Both the position numbers and the translations under genes were made by a program. A stretch of DNA of 64,000 nt from the human T2T-CHM13v2.0 reference genome, Homo sapiens. Under the pieces are notes generated by a model. It was not told where the DNA came from, searched no databases, and saw only the letters and a program-made list of their open reading frames with translations. Below, piece after piece: positions 16,890-34,246 of the stretch (position 1 is its first letter; the number at the start of each line of letters is the position of its first letter). Location of the stretch: the NCBI RefSeq assembly GCF_009914755.1, contig NC_060928.1. The stretch is one strand, 5' to 3'.

Positions 16890-16996
16890 TTTAAGGGAGG
16901 GGTTCTCCCTATGTTGGCCAATCTAGACTCAAATTTCTGGGTTCAAGGTCCTCCCAACACTCCTGCCTCAGCCTCCCATGTAACCAGGACTACAGT
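16890..16996 (-). mobile_element. Alu monomer (FLAM-like)
   Basis: ctccctatgttggcc...ctcaaatttctgggttcaag...cctgcctcagcctccc, flanked by tgattttt on both sides. Confidence 0.75.
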
Positions 16997-17633
16997 GATT
17001 TTTTATAGATTGGCTTCCAGAGAGGAGGAGGAGGAGAAATTAAGAGTCTTTTTATCTTACCTTTTTTTTTTTTAAGGGAAGAACCCAGCATTGGGTTGTT
17101 AAAAACTTTATAAGACCCCTCCTCAATTAAACCAACTCCACTTAATAAGGCTAGAGCAAACTCAAACTTAATGATTCGCAGATATCTTTCCTCAACGATC
17201 TACTACAAATACCAAATATATAAAAGAGAAAATTTGGTAAATCATTTGCCAGTTTAACAAATTAAAACCAGCAACTACCACCTTCAAATGTTCTTGGGTT
17301 TTTATGTTGTGTAAATGGAAATCATAGTTTAAATTATTGTTAAAGATGCTACTTGATACACTACTCAGTATGTGAGTCCTTCAGGAAGTTATTTTGAAAG
17401 GTAAAACAATTCTGTTAACCAGTTTTCCTAACTTGAACCCAGGCTTAGCAGTCAAGTGGAAAATATCATCATGGGCTCAAGAAGAGTTTTCTTTTTAGCA
17501 CAATATTTAACAGAGTAAAAATAAGTATGTTATTGAAGCTATTTCAGGTACATTCTAAAGTACATGCTAAAGGCCCAGGTCACTTTGTGGGGGAAGAATC
17601 TATTATATAATGGTTAACAGTGCTTTAAAATCA

Positions 17634-18089
17634 CTATAATGTGGAGCCAAAATGGCCGAATAGAAACAGCTCCAGTCTACAGCTCCCAGCGTGAGCGACA
17701 CAGAAGACAAATGATATCTGCATTTCCAACTGAGGTACCGGGTGCATTTCACTGGGGATTGTCAGAGAGTGGGTGCAGGACAGTGGGTGCAGCACACCCA
17801 GCATGAGCTGAAGCAGGGCGAGGCATCGCCTCACCCGGGAAGCGCAAGGGGTCAGGGAATTCCATTTCCTAGCCAAGGAAAGGGGTGACAGATGGCACCT
17901 GGAAAATTGGGACACTCCCACACTAATACTGTGCTTTTCCAACAGTCTTAGCAAATGGCACACCAGGAGATTATATCCCGCACATGGCTCGGAGGGTCCT
18001 ACGCCCACGGAGCTTTGCTCATTGCTAGGACAGCAATCTGAGATCAAACTGCAAGGCGGCAGTGAGGCTTGGGGAGGGGCACCCACCAT
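17634..18089 (-). CDS. L1 ORF0-like antisense ORF, C-terminally extended (151 codons)
   Basis: ATG in context gcaATGG at 18089. Translation MVGAPPQASLPPCSLISDCC...VGVGPSEP..GYNL matches the ORF0 N-terminus and stays open to 17634. Expression is unknown. Confidence 0.55.
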   Translation of the reverse strand: MVGAPPQASLPPCSLISDCCPSNEQSSVGVGPSEPCAGYNLLVCHLLRLLEKHSISVGVSQFSRCHLSPLSLARKWNSLTPCASRVRRCLALLQLMLGVLHPLSCTHSLTIPSEMHPVPQLEMQISFVFCVAHAGSCRLELFLFGHFGSTL

Positions 18090-18660
18090 TGCCGAGGCTT
18101 GAATAGGTAAACAAAGCAGATGGGAAGGTTGAACTGGGTGGAGCCCACCACAGCTCAAGGAGGCCTGCCTGCCTCTGTAGGCTCCACCTCTGGGGGCAGG
18201 GCATAGCCAAACAAAAGGCAGCAGAAACCTCTGCAGACTTAAATGTCCCTGTCTGACAGCTTTGAAGAGAGTAGTGGTTCTCCCAGCATGCAGCTTGAGA
18301 TCTGAGAATGGACAGACTGCCTCCTCAAGTGGGTCCCTGACCCCCAAGTAGCCTAACTGGGAGGCACCCCCCAGTAAGGGCAGACTGACACCTCACATGG
18401 CCGGGTACTCCTCTGAGACAAAACTTCCAGAGGAATGATCAGGCAGCAACATTGGCTGTTCACAAATATCCACTGTTCTGCAGCCACTACTTCTGATACC
18501 CAGGCAAACAGGGTCTGAAGTGGACCTCCGGCAAACTCCAACAGACCTGCAGCTGAGGGTCCTAACTGTTAGAAGGAATACTAACAAACAGGACATCCAC
18601 ACCAAAACCCCATCTGCATGTCTCCATCATCAAAGACCAAAGGTAGATTAAACCACAAAG

Positions 18661-19677
18661 TTGGGGTAAAAACAGAGCAGAAAAACTGAAAATTCTAAAA
18701 TTCAGAGTGCCTCTCCTCCTCCAAAGGAACGCAGCTCCTCACCAGCAACAGAACAAAGCTGGACGGAGAATGACTTTGACAAGTTGAGAGGAGAAGGCTT
18801 CAGACGATCAAACTACTCCGAGCTAAAGGAGGAAGTTTGAACCCATGGCAAACAAGTTAAAAACCTTGCATAAAGATTAGACGAATGGCTAACTAACATA
18901 ACCAATGCAGAGAAGTCCTTAAAGGACCTGATGGAGCTCAAAACCATGGCACGAGAACTACGTGACGAATGTACAAACCTCAGTAGCCAATTTGATCAAC
19001 TGGAAGAAAGGGTATCAGTGATGGAAGATCAAATAAATGAATTGAAGCGAGAAGAGAGGTTTAGAGAAAAAATAATAAAAAGAAAAGAACAAAGCCTCCA
19101 AGAAATATGGGACTATGTGAAAAGACCAAGTCTACATCTGATTGGTGTACCTGAAAGTGACGGGGAGAATGGAACCAAGTTGGAAAACACTCTGCAGGAT
19201 ATTATCCAGGAGAACTTCCCCAATCTAGCAAGGCAGGCCAATATTCAAATTCAGGAAATACAGAGAATGCCACAAAGATACTCCTCGAGAAGAGCAACTC
19301 CAAGACACATAATTGTCAGATTCACCAAAGTTGAAATGAAGGAAAAAATGTTAAGGGCAGCCAGAGAGAAAGGTCGGGTTACCCTCAAAGGGAAGCCCAT
19401 CAGACTAACAGCTGATCTCTCAGCAGAAACTCTACAAGCCAGAAGAGAGTGGGAGCCAGTATTCAACATTCTTAAAGAAAAGAATTTTCAACCCAGAATT
19501 TCATATCCAGCCAAACTAAGCTTCATAAGTAAAGGAGAAATAAAATACTTTACAGACGAGCAAATGCTGAGAGATTTTATCACCACCAGGCCTGCCCTAA
19601 AAGAGCTCCTGAAGGAAGCACTAAACATAGAAAGGAACGACCAGTACCAGCCACTGCAAAAACATGCCAAATTGTAA
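18661..19677 (+). pseudogene. Disrupted L1 ORF1
   Basis: The start codon is mutated to TTG and codon 3 is TAA. The C-terminal 248 codons (18931-19677) are open and match ORF1p. Confidence 0.95.
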
Positions 19678-19740
19678 AGACTATTGAGTCTAGGAAGAAA
19701 CTGCATCAACTAATGAGCAAAATAACCAGCTAACATCATA

Positions 19741-23566
<3,826 letters not shown>

Positions 23567-24172
23567 ACAATGAGAACACATGGACACATGAAAGGGAACA
23601 TCACACATTGGAGACTGTTGTGGGGTGGGGGAGGGGCGAGGGATAGCATTAGGAGATATACCTAATGTTAAATGACGAGTTAATGGGTGCAGCACACCAA
23701 CATGGCACATGTGTATATATATATGTAGCAAACCTGCACGTTGTGCACATGTACCCTAAAACTTAAAGTATAATAAAAAAATAAAAATATATATAGTCAC
23801 TATAATGTGAATGCATATTTCATACATATTAATGTCATGTGTTGACTTAAGTCATGCTTAGAGATACAACTGTAAAATAAAATATTCCAAAGTGGAAAAG
23901 CAATGAGAAGTTGCTAGCTCAGAATACTGTCTGGAGCTGAAAAGGTAGATCAAAACATACCATTTTCACAATTTAACAACTCCTATGACTTGAATTTTCC
24001 TGTAACCAAAAAGTGTAACCTCCTGATCAGCTCATACACAATCAGGTTCCATGCACCCCTCAAACTCTTCATATTTGACTATACTTTTCTGGATGCCAGA
24101 GAAAATCTCACTGAAATAAAAAATACCTTTTGGAGAATTTTTCACAGTGCAACCTGAGAACTTGAAGAGTCA

Positions 24173-24191
24173 CAGTGCCCTCTAGTGACCC
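24173..24191 (-). promoter_or_regulatory. Candidate CTCF motif
   Basis: Minus strand GGGTCACTAGAGGGCACTG resembles the CTCF core CCACYAGRGGGCRC, with one deviation at a conserved C. Confidence 0.35.
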
Positions 24192-24749
24192 ATTGATAAG
24201 AACCATTTTTATTTCACTTTCAGAGAACAATAAAAGTTTAGGTGAATATTATGCATTTTCAGGGAGTTTTTTCCTATAAATATTTATAAATGCCAATTTC
24301 TGTTTCTGAAAGTGAAAATGTGTAAGTTACAAACAACTATGTAGCACACTGGAGAATAATGACTCCTTTATTGGTCCATTGCTCTCACAGTTACAATGTT
24401 GCCAGAGGGCAAAAAAAGTCTTTGCAATCAGCCCTACAAAACAAGGTGCATTAAAATGTACAAATATAAAATTCTTAATATGTAACTGTGATAAGGGTAA
24501 GTTTGTGGAGTGGTGTATCTGTATTCTAGTCCCAAATCTCTTGGTGCCTGGAGGCCTGTGCCAAAGAACTTGATTTTGTTGTACTTCATTTTCTTCATCT
24601 AGAAATGAAAAAAAGTTGGCAGTGTTGGTAAGGATGTAAGAAAGTGGACTCTAAACTTTCTGGTGGGAACATTAATGCTACAGCCTTTCTGGAGGGAAAA
24701 TTCACAGTAACTCTCAAAAAGCCTCAAATGTACACTGCTTTAGTGCCGG

Positions 24750-24990
24750 AATAATAATAGCCAACATTTAACTCCTACTCTGCCCCATACATATTTCTAA
24801 GTGCTTTTTGTATATTGGCTTATTTAATCTTCACAACAATCCTATGACATAGGTACAATATTTAACCCAATTTTACACATAAGGAAACCAAGGCACTAAA
24901 CCTTGCCTAAGTTCACACAACTAATAATTGGTAAAACCTACATACAAATTCAAGCTGTATGGCTCAGAGTCCATGCTCGCAGCCATCATG
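24750..24990 (-). mobile_element. MIR
   Basis: aataataatagccaacatt...atttaatcttcacaacaatcctatga...ttttacacataaggaaaccaaggcac...cttgcctaagttcacacaacta. Confidence 0.8.
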
Positions 24991-27900
24991 CTGTATTTCC
25001 AGAAATTAAACTTCTGAGAAAGGAAGGAAATAACCAAGGATGTACACAAATAATTTTCAATCAGGCTATTAATTCAGCATCACTTGTAGGAGGAACTAAA
25101 AGGAAAATAACCTAAGTTACCAACCGTAAGAAAATCATTACGATAATTGTGTTAAAGCTGAATCATTGACTCCGTAACCTTACGGAATTTCTAATGATAT
25201 GGAAAATGTTCTCAATATATTAAGTGAATATAGTTTATAAACATACATATATATATTTACATATATGTACGGTGTGCTGTCATTTTTTAAGATATATATT
25301 TTTAAGAGTAAGGAAGGAAAATTACCAAAGCATAAGCATAGTTATGTGTAGGTGGTGAAAATAGGAAGTAAAGATTTTTTTCTTCTTTTTTCTTTTTTAT
25401 ATCCATTTTTCATTTTTAGCACTTTCTATAATTCTAAAAATGTTTTATTTTTAACGAGGGGTTTAGTTTAAATGTGATCTAAGAGACTTTCTAGCTCTAA
25501 ATTTCTAGAAATGTGATCGAGAATAGTCATGAGATTTTAGAACTACAGAGCCGGAACAAAATCTTATGGTCTCTTTAGTAGTTCCCAAATTGGCCTGCTC
25601 CTCGGAAATCAACTGAGTAAATCAAAGTATAAATTCACAGCTTTACCCCTTCCCCAATCTGGATCTCTAGAGAATGAGGCCTTGGTAACTCTTATGATTT
25701 GTCAGTTTGGGGAACTACTAATGTATCCCCGATGCACCATTTTAATCCTTGCTAGCACATAAACCAGCACTCCTGGAAACCAAATGCAGACCAGGGCCAT
25801 GATCTACTGTTGACTGTTATAAGAAATCCAATTGATATGGACAATTTGTATTTTGTATTTCAAATTCAATTTTTTAATTTTTTCAGAAAAAAATGCTTCT
25901 TAAAATGAGTAAGAAATATACTAATAAAAATTTTTTAGCTGTAGAAATAATGCAAGTCAGACCCACCAACACTAAGCAGAATGTATTCTCACTTACATTC
26001 ATTGCAAATGGCTTGTTCACATTTCTTAACTACATGCTATTTAAAGAAACCAAAATGTGTTCCTTTGTGCTCACAGATTTGCAAAACACAAAATCAGACC
26101 CAAAAGGAAAGAATATATTTGATACTGTATAGGGTGGGGGGGTGTATCAGTTAATGCAACAAGAAAGTTGTGTTTTAAACCAAAGGTTGTGTAAATAGTC
26201 CTGGTTGCACAGAGTAAGCGTAAGAAAAAGCCACTCTGGACACATAGCGAAAGCATTTATAAGGAGTTGGAGAAGGAAAGTCTTCCTTGGAGCTTCGGAA
26301 TTAAAATTTTGTTACCTTTTCTGAAGCCACTTGGCATATTTTTATAGCAGCAATTTTTGTGGTATAGTAACCTTCGTGAGTCTCAAATTGACTGTAAAGG
26401 AAGAGATGAAGTTACCTAACTCACAGGGAGCTGCACAACACTCAGAGTCTATCTTTTCTAGGGCACAGACCTAGATGAATGATACACCCGTGTCACTTTG
26501 TGCATGAAGAGATCTTCCACAAGGTTTATCCCAGTAGAAAACAGGGCTAGCCACTGATCTAAAACAGGACAGGTAAATAAAAATGAAAGGCAATTTCTAT
26601 CATTCAAAAAGAAATACACCCTGATGTAGCAATCTCAACAAAAAGCATATATACACACCCACAAATATTTAAAAACAAAAACTAGGACCAAGTTTGAATT
26701 GAAAAGCTCCATGAAAAATAGTTTGGCAATAATTGCCATTGAAGCCACATGAACTGTGGGTAGCCCGTGCTGTTGGTTTGATTGCTTGGGTAAGTCACCA
26801 GATGACCCCTTCTCCCAAGCTGTAACTGCAAATTCTGCTTCAATTCCCTTACCTGAGCTTTCACTCTGCTTTCTTACAGTCCTGGAAAATGTTCTACCCA
26901 AGGCAGCAAGTACACACATAGCCCAGATGAACTATAATTAAGGTGGCAAGAAACCAAGGAAAAGAGCAGGCAGTGTTAGTTCGATTATTTCCTTTGCATG
27001 GGTAGCAGATGGACTCAAAAGTCTAATAACCCTTTTGTACCTCAACTAAGGCTGACAATGCATCATTATACTCAGATGGGAGCAAGGAGAAGGTGCCTAG
27101 CAACTAGGACTTGGAATGCTTGGGCTTTTGTCAATTTACGTCATAATCTTAATATTAAACAGGCTTGCTCTCATTTGCCAGTCATCACCTCATTTTATGT
27201 TTTTCAAACACAAGAACATTAAAAAGTCTTTCCTGAAAGTACTTTAGCCCCTTAGATATAGAACAGTAGTAGTATTTAAGAGTCTCCCCTTATAAATGCA
27301 TACATAAAACTGCCATGAGCCTTGATGGAAATTATATCAGTAAGTTGCAGGACCTACCATGGGTAATATTTTCATTAGTTATAGTATGCAACATAACCCA
27401 GGCTGTTTTTGAAACTGAGTGAGACAAAAGACTATTCCTTGCACTGCATTACTCTTGTGCTTTGAGTTGTTTATATATAAAAGAAGTTACTGAAACTTCT
27501 ATTTCTATTTAGTTATATCTTTTCCTTTTTAACCTCTATTTGTCTATAATGCAAACAAAATATATGTTTCTGGTTGTGTGCTCAAAACATCTTAGATTGC
27601 TATGCCACAGTATGTGCTCAATTAATAATTAAGGAAGACAAGAAAGAATGTAGAAAGGACAGAGATCTGAGAATGAATCAAAATCAAGAGACAGTTGGTG
27701 GACCATGTATTCTCACAGCACAGAACAGCACAGGAAGAGAATTTTTAGTAATAGGTAATTAGAAGAATGGAAATCTCCATTTTTCTCCAACATACTAGTG
27801 TGATGTCTGATTACATCAAACTAGGGGGAAGGGAACTTGTTAATCTTTAATTTTACTGTATAGTGAAGAAGATGCATATTGAAAAAAAGTAAATATCTAT

Positions 27901-30539
27901 CAGGAAATCCAGAAATATGAATTGGGGATGTAAATCACATAGCCAGACCTCAGGTCCCAGATAAACAACTTAACATATAATTCACATTCTCCTGCCTTTC
28001 TCATTGCAGAAGCCAGTGAACAGGAAGAATATTACACAGACCATAAGTCAGAGTCATCATTGAATTCTTACAAATCTGTTTGACAACAACAACAGAGAAT
28101 AGAACGAGGAGAAAGCAGAAATATCATTAATTATGATGATAAATATATAATCATTTGCGTTATTCATATAGGACCCATTCTCCCCAGTAGATATTTTAGA
28201 GTCTGAAGTACTTCAAAGAGGAAGAGAATTAGAAGATTTTATGGACCATGTAATTCCCACCCCACCAGGGAGGAGAGTAAATGTCCCAGTCCAAGCCTGA
28301 CTTAGAAGAGGAAATTTTCCTAACATTATATTGACAAATATTGGCCTAATATCATAGTATCTTCTCCACTCTTCTTCCAAGGCTACACTCTCCTGCCATC
28401 CAACAACATCCAATCAAAAAAGTTTGGAGTGTCTATCTCATCTTGACCCGCCTCCTATCATCCTATGGTAAATAACGATATATTTGGAAGCTAGCAAGTG
28501 AAGTAAATATTACAGTGGGCCATAAAATAGTATAGAGAAGAAAAATATGAAAAAAAAAAAGCTGAATTGTAAAACAATCAGTAGAGGCAAAAAAGAAAAA
28601 AAGAAAGAAAGTCACTGAAGCCAGGCCATTCAAGCCTCTCCCTTGAGTAAATAATGTCATATTCCTGATTCAAACACAAAGAGGGAGCTAAATGTTTTCT
28701 GCCTTATCTCTCACAGCCATTCCAAATCTGTTGAACTGTCATTAGACCTTTTCAAAACTGTGTTAAACCTCTTCTAATATTTTACAATTCCTTACATAAA
28801 AAAGTTAAAGTAACCCGAGTTCCTTCTCCAAGATCCTACTTTTAGCTGGGAGGGGCTAACCTCATATGGAGCCTTGAGAATGTTTTTTTTTTTTTTTAAC
28901 CTTTCCAGGTCAAGGATATGGCTTCCTCATTGGTAAAATTAAGCAAAATTATCTTCCTATACTTTCTTCATAAATTATTTTGAGATCCAACAAAAACACT
29001 AAGAAGTTTTAAAACATTGTGTTACTTTTTTCCTCCAAAGATAAAAAGGGACCATCCTTCCAATGAGGGAAAGACATGAAATCTACAGGATTAAGTCATC
29101 TTAGATGCTTACATGTGCAGCATTCTTAAAAAAGAGCCTCAAACCTTCAGCTCTGGATAACCTCTCACAATGGAGCTGCTGTTTTAATACATTCTTATAA
29201 TGCCAAGGTTTTATAAAAGGAGGGTAAAAATACCTTCTTTGGGCAATGTGTGTGCAAATGGAATGGCTTATTAAAGATTCCCTCAATGAGAATGTGTAAA
29301 CACTGGTCTTGGCCACAAACAAACAATTTCCTGGGGCAAACTTCATGGTCTGACTTCCCAGAAATACCCTGGAAACTGAACAAAAGGAAACGCCTTATAC
29401 TGTTTTGTCTGTAGCCACAAAATATACACATAGGGTCCCACCCAGCCTGAATTTAACTCTGGGCCCCCATAAAAAACAGAAATAATAAAAAGTCCCATTA
29501 TGAGGCCATTATACCTAAAAATAGTCTCCACGCTACCTACACAAGAAAGCCAGTATGATTATGGTCCAAGAATCTGACCATGCTTAAGGGTGGCAAAATG
29601 AACAGGTGCCCTGTGCTAGGCAAGAAACCACTCTAGTTGCCTCCATTCCCCTCAGCTCTACTGAGTTTAAATCATCATAGGGAGGAGTAATAGGATAGTA
29701 TTTGCTAACTTACCCAATTTAGAGTATTTGATAGATCTAAGTGAATATTTACAAGAAAATATCCATCAATTATTAATTTTAAAAAATGTTATTATCATAA
29801 CTGTAGTTCTAACAAAAAAAGGCTTAGAACAAATCACTCAGACAGGGAAAACCCTATTCTTACATTGCTAACTCTCTCTCTACTACTATCTTGGGTCCAA
29901 AATCAGGTCTATTCATGTCTTTCTATTCCTGCTCCCGTTCAATCAAACCAGCTTACTGACAAGATTAACCACTTCTGTTGGCAGATTGGAAAGACAGAGT
30001 TAACATCAACTTCTCCCTCTGCTTTTTTCCTTAAACTCAATCACCATTCCTTTTTAAATATTTATTATAAATGCCTCTCCATTTCCTCTGCCACTACCAT
30101 GGTCCAGGCCCTTGGCATCCTGCCCTGGTTGCTTCCAACCTTGCCTTTCCTACCACTGGTTCTTAGCACTAGCTGCACTGTAGAATTACCTGAGAAGATT
30201 TGAAAAATACCCCCAAACCTTCTATACAAAAAACCTCTAGCCAGTAAGTTCTTGATGCTTCCCTGTATCACTCAAAATAATAACATTTAGTGTAGAGGTA
30301 CATGCATTTTATTTCTTTATTTTTGCTAAATTGAAATGCTTTATGGTAATAATATTTATGCATATTATCAAAGTAACAGTATGCATATTGTCAAAGGACA
30401 TGCAAGCATTTCTGATCCCAGAGTGTAAAATGCCTGTGCTATTCATTTTGTAGAAGAGATTTTTCTCCCCCGAAAATTACCAACAGGTTACAAGCTACTA
30501 TAACTGAGTTGAAAACTGTTATTACTATTGTATAATGTA

Positions 30540-30700
30540 ATTGAAAGGGCACTGGACTAGGGATTTCAATTTTAGTTCTGATTTCTTGGTTGAGTTATTT
30601 TGTTCTGCTGAGCTTCAGTTTTCTTTTAAAAAAAACATGGGATTAATAGTATTGTCCCTACCTACCTCATACAATTATTGTCAAGATTAAATGAGATTCT
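30540..30700 (+). mobile_element. MIR
   Basis: gaaagggcactggactagg...ctgagcttcagtttt...cctacctcatacaattattgtcaagattaaatgaga. Confidence 0.7.
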
Positions 30701-32079
30701 ATGTGTGTTTGTGTGTATATATGTATACAACTACAAATCTCAAAATCCTCCTCTCAAGTATATGCATTTTATTTCTAAACATACTATAAACCCTTAGATT
30801 TACTCTAGTAAATATCACAATATAGGTAAATATTGCAAATTAAGCAATATTCTACAAAGTAGAGAAAGCATTTTTTAACAGAGTTATTGTCTCTGTAATC
30901 AATTATGCTCATCAAATACCAGAGACAGCCTTCTCTATTTATAGAAACTACAAGTGAGAGTATGTGGAACCCCTCTCTCAGGCTGCCAGCACTTTCACCC
31001 TCATCTGTAATCATGCTCTGTTGTCCTTGGAAATCCTCCCTAAATCTGCAAATAATTCCCACCCCCTAATTTCAAAGACAAGAAAAAGCAAACCAATCAA
31101 CAGGTAAACTACCAGCCATGTCTTCCTTCATCAGGCCTGGTTATCCCCTAAACTCCACTAAGAAGTGAGATGGGGAGAAGTATAGGAAAAGTTGCTGCAG
31201 AGGGTGAGGGTGCTTGGTGAGGGCACTTGAATCTAGTGAGGATGCGTCCTCAAGTGTTTGTCTATGAGAAACAAATAGTGTGTTGAAATGTAAATTAACA
31301 GGATATGATTCAATGAATGCAAGGGGAAGGTAGAGGGCCAAGACTAGTTTCAGGCCAAACCATATCACAGACACTGGAACATATTTGAATCTGCTTCAGA
31401 GCTCAGGTCTCTACTTGAAGTGTAACACAGGCTATCTCTTAATTCAGGCACCATAAGAATAATTCAAGAGACCTGAAGAGGTTTCTAATTATATCCCAAT
31501 ATACCAGATAAATCCCAATTAAAGTTCCAATCCCACAGTATCTTAGCCAAATAAAAAGTTCTCATAAAATATATCAAACCTTCTTATCCTATATATTTAG
31601 AAACATTAAAAAGTTTTAACAATAATCCAATACATGATTCTGAACATGAACTTAGACAATTCTCCAATTAAACTGTTTTTAAATGTAATATTCAAATTTT
31701 TTATTCAGTTGATTATTTATTGAGGAATTATTTATTACCTGTGTTAAAGACATTATACTAAAATTTCCATTGACAAAATACTTTTTTTCAGAGTTTATAA
31801 TATAGTATACAGTATTGTTATCAGCCATTTGTGGTTATCAAATATTTTGAAAATTTGATAAATGATACAGCTACTCTTACCAGAAATGCACAAATACATG
31901 TAAAATTTGCATCGATTTCAGTGGTTGAAGATTATCTAAAGCTTATTAGAACCCTTAATGTTGAAGGAAATATAGAAATGAAGAAAATACAGAGTTGTAT
32001 AATAGCCTTCTCCCCATTAAAGTAATAAGATTGGTGATAAGAGTTCAGATGAAGGAGCATTCATGTGGATATAAAATAA

Positions 32080-32640
32080 TTAGATAAGAATTCATGACAG
32101 AAGACACTTTTGGCCTGACCTTGAAGGATGAGTAGAACTTTGCCAGACAGAAGTGGAAATGAAGAGACAACACTCAAGGTTGCAGGAATGACAAAACAGA
32201 GGAATCAGATAAAATATATGAATATCTGGCATGTCAAAACAAGAAAAATTTAAGTACCACTGGAAAAATTGGGCTTCATTCTATAAACGATGCCAAGTCA
32301 TTAATGCTTTTTAAGCAAGGGAGGGACATAATCAGAATGGTATGTTGAAAAGCCTCTTCTAGTGACAGTAAAGGACACATTGGTGCCAATAAGGATTGAA
32401 AATAGGGAGAAGGCTATTGCAAAGGTAAGCAAGAAGTAATGAGTCAGTGGCAGTAGTTTGATGAACAACATTTCAGAGGTAGAAACAAGTAAAACTGACC
32501 ATCTATTAGAATGTGGAGGATGCAAGAAAAAGAAAAAGTATAGGTGACTACAAATATATGCCTTTTTAAATGGTAGGGAACATGGAAAATTGGACACATT
32601 TTGAGTGGAAGATCAGTTTATTTACAACAGATTAAGTTTG
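32080..32640 (-). mobile_element. L2 fragment
   Basis: gaccttgaaggatgagtagaactttgccagacaga...ttttaagcaagggagggacataatcaga. Confidence 0.6.
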
Positions 32641-32824
32641 CGCTATTAGTTATTCCTGAATATAAATGTAACATATTATGAATCTATCCCTCAGAATACT
32701 AATAGTATTAATAACTATAATATTAAAAGAAAACAGACTAAAACAAATATCTTGAGATTCTATCAGGAAATTGCTCAATCGTTCAAGAGAATTTTCAACC
32801 CTTATGCAAACAGGTAGGAATTCA

Positions 32825-33184
<360 letters not shown>

Positions 33185-34125
33185 CTAAATCAGAAACCAC
33201 CTCCTTGCCTCAGCCTCAGCCCTCTCAGACTAAAACTAAATGGGATCCAAGAAATTACCTAGTGCAGCCTTCCTTGGGTAAACAAAAAAACCCTAATGTC
33301 CAGAGACATTAAGGAAGTCACTTTGCTAATAAATGGCAGAACTAAAGCTACAACTTTTGTCTCCTGATGCTCATTCCAGGTGTGCTTTCCTCAGCCCCCT
33401 ATTTTCAAATGTTTCATTGGTCATGAATTAACCCATGAATTAATCCACTGACTTCAAGTTAACCTAAGTCCCACAGAGCAGGCCTGGGGAGAATACTGAG
33501 CTGCCACACTGACGGATGGTTGGAGTTGCCTCCAGCTGTTTGGGCCGAACCTCTCAAGCAGCTGGCTGTGGTGAGGGATGAGTGAATACACATATTACTA
33601 AGGAAAGAGTTAGAAAGGTGTAACAGCTTCCTCTTAGATGCCCTTTGCCCTCTTTCTGAATTTCTTTTCCAATTATCTTAACTGCCCAGTGGCTGCTAAG
33701 AGATCTGATATCCAAAGAGTCCAATGGCCTCCACTCTCCAGCCTGCACTTCTCTCTCATTGAGCCTCACACTCCCAAAGTATCTATACCTGTTCCTTCCT
33801 TGAAAGAATGCTAGTGCTTAAAAATCACTACTCTTTGAAACAGAGAAGCAATGTGATGAAAATGATATTCGAATTTCAGAATTTGGGAAGATACAGTGAA
33901 AATTCCCTTTCTCCACACTATTACAGAAGCAGAAACCAAATGCTTTATCCAAAATGCCTGGAAAAATCAGGCTTTCTGGGAGCAGAACCTAGGAATCTAT
34001 TCAACAAACTCCCCCAGGAGATTCTAATGGTCAGCCAGGTTTAAAAATCTCCAGTATAATGTGTATACAAATTGTTTTCCCTGAAATTAGGTTTTGGGTG
34101 TTCCAGTTCCATAACTAAGACTCTT

Positions 34126-34246
34126 TTTTTAATTATTAGTAATATACTTTAAGTTCTAGGGTACATGTGCTCAACGTGCAGGTTTGTTACATATGTATAC
34201 ATGTGCCACGTTGGTGTGCCTAATGTAATGACGAGTTAACGGGTGC
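34126..34246 (-). mobile_element. Tiny L1PA 3'-end insertion with 5' inversion
   Basis: The L1 3' end is on the minus strand (34126-34219) with an inverted piece at 34220-34246. Perfect 13-bp TSD aactaagactctt. Confidence 0.93.
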
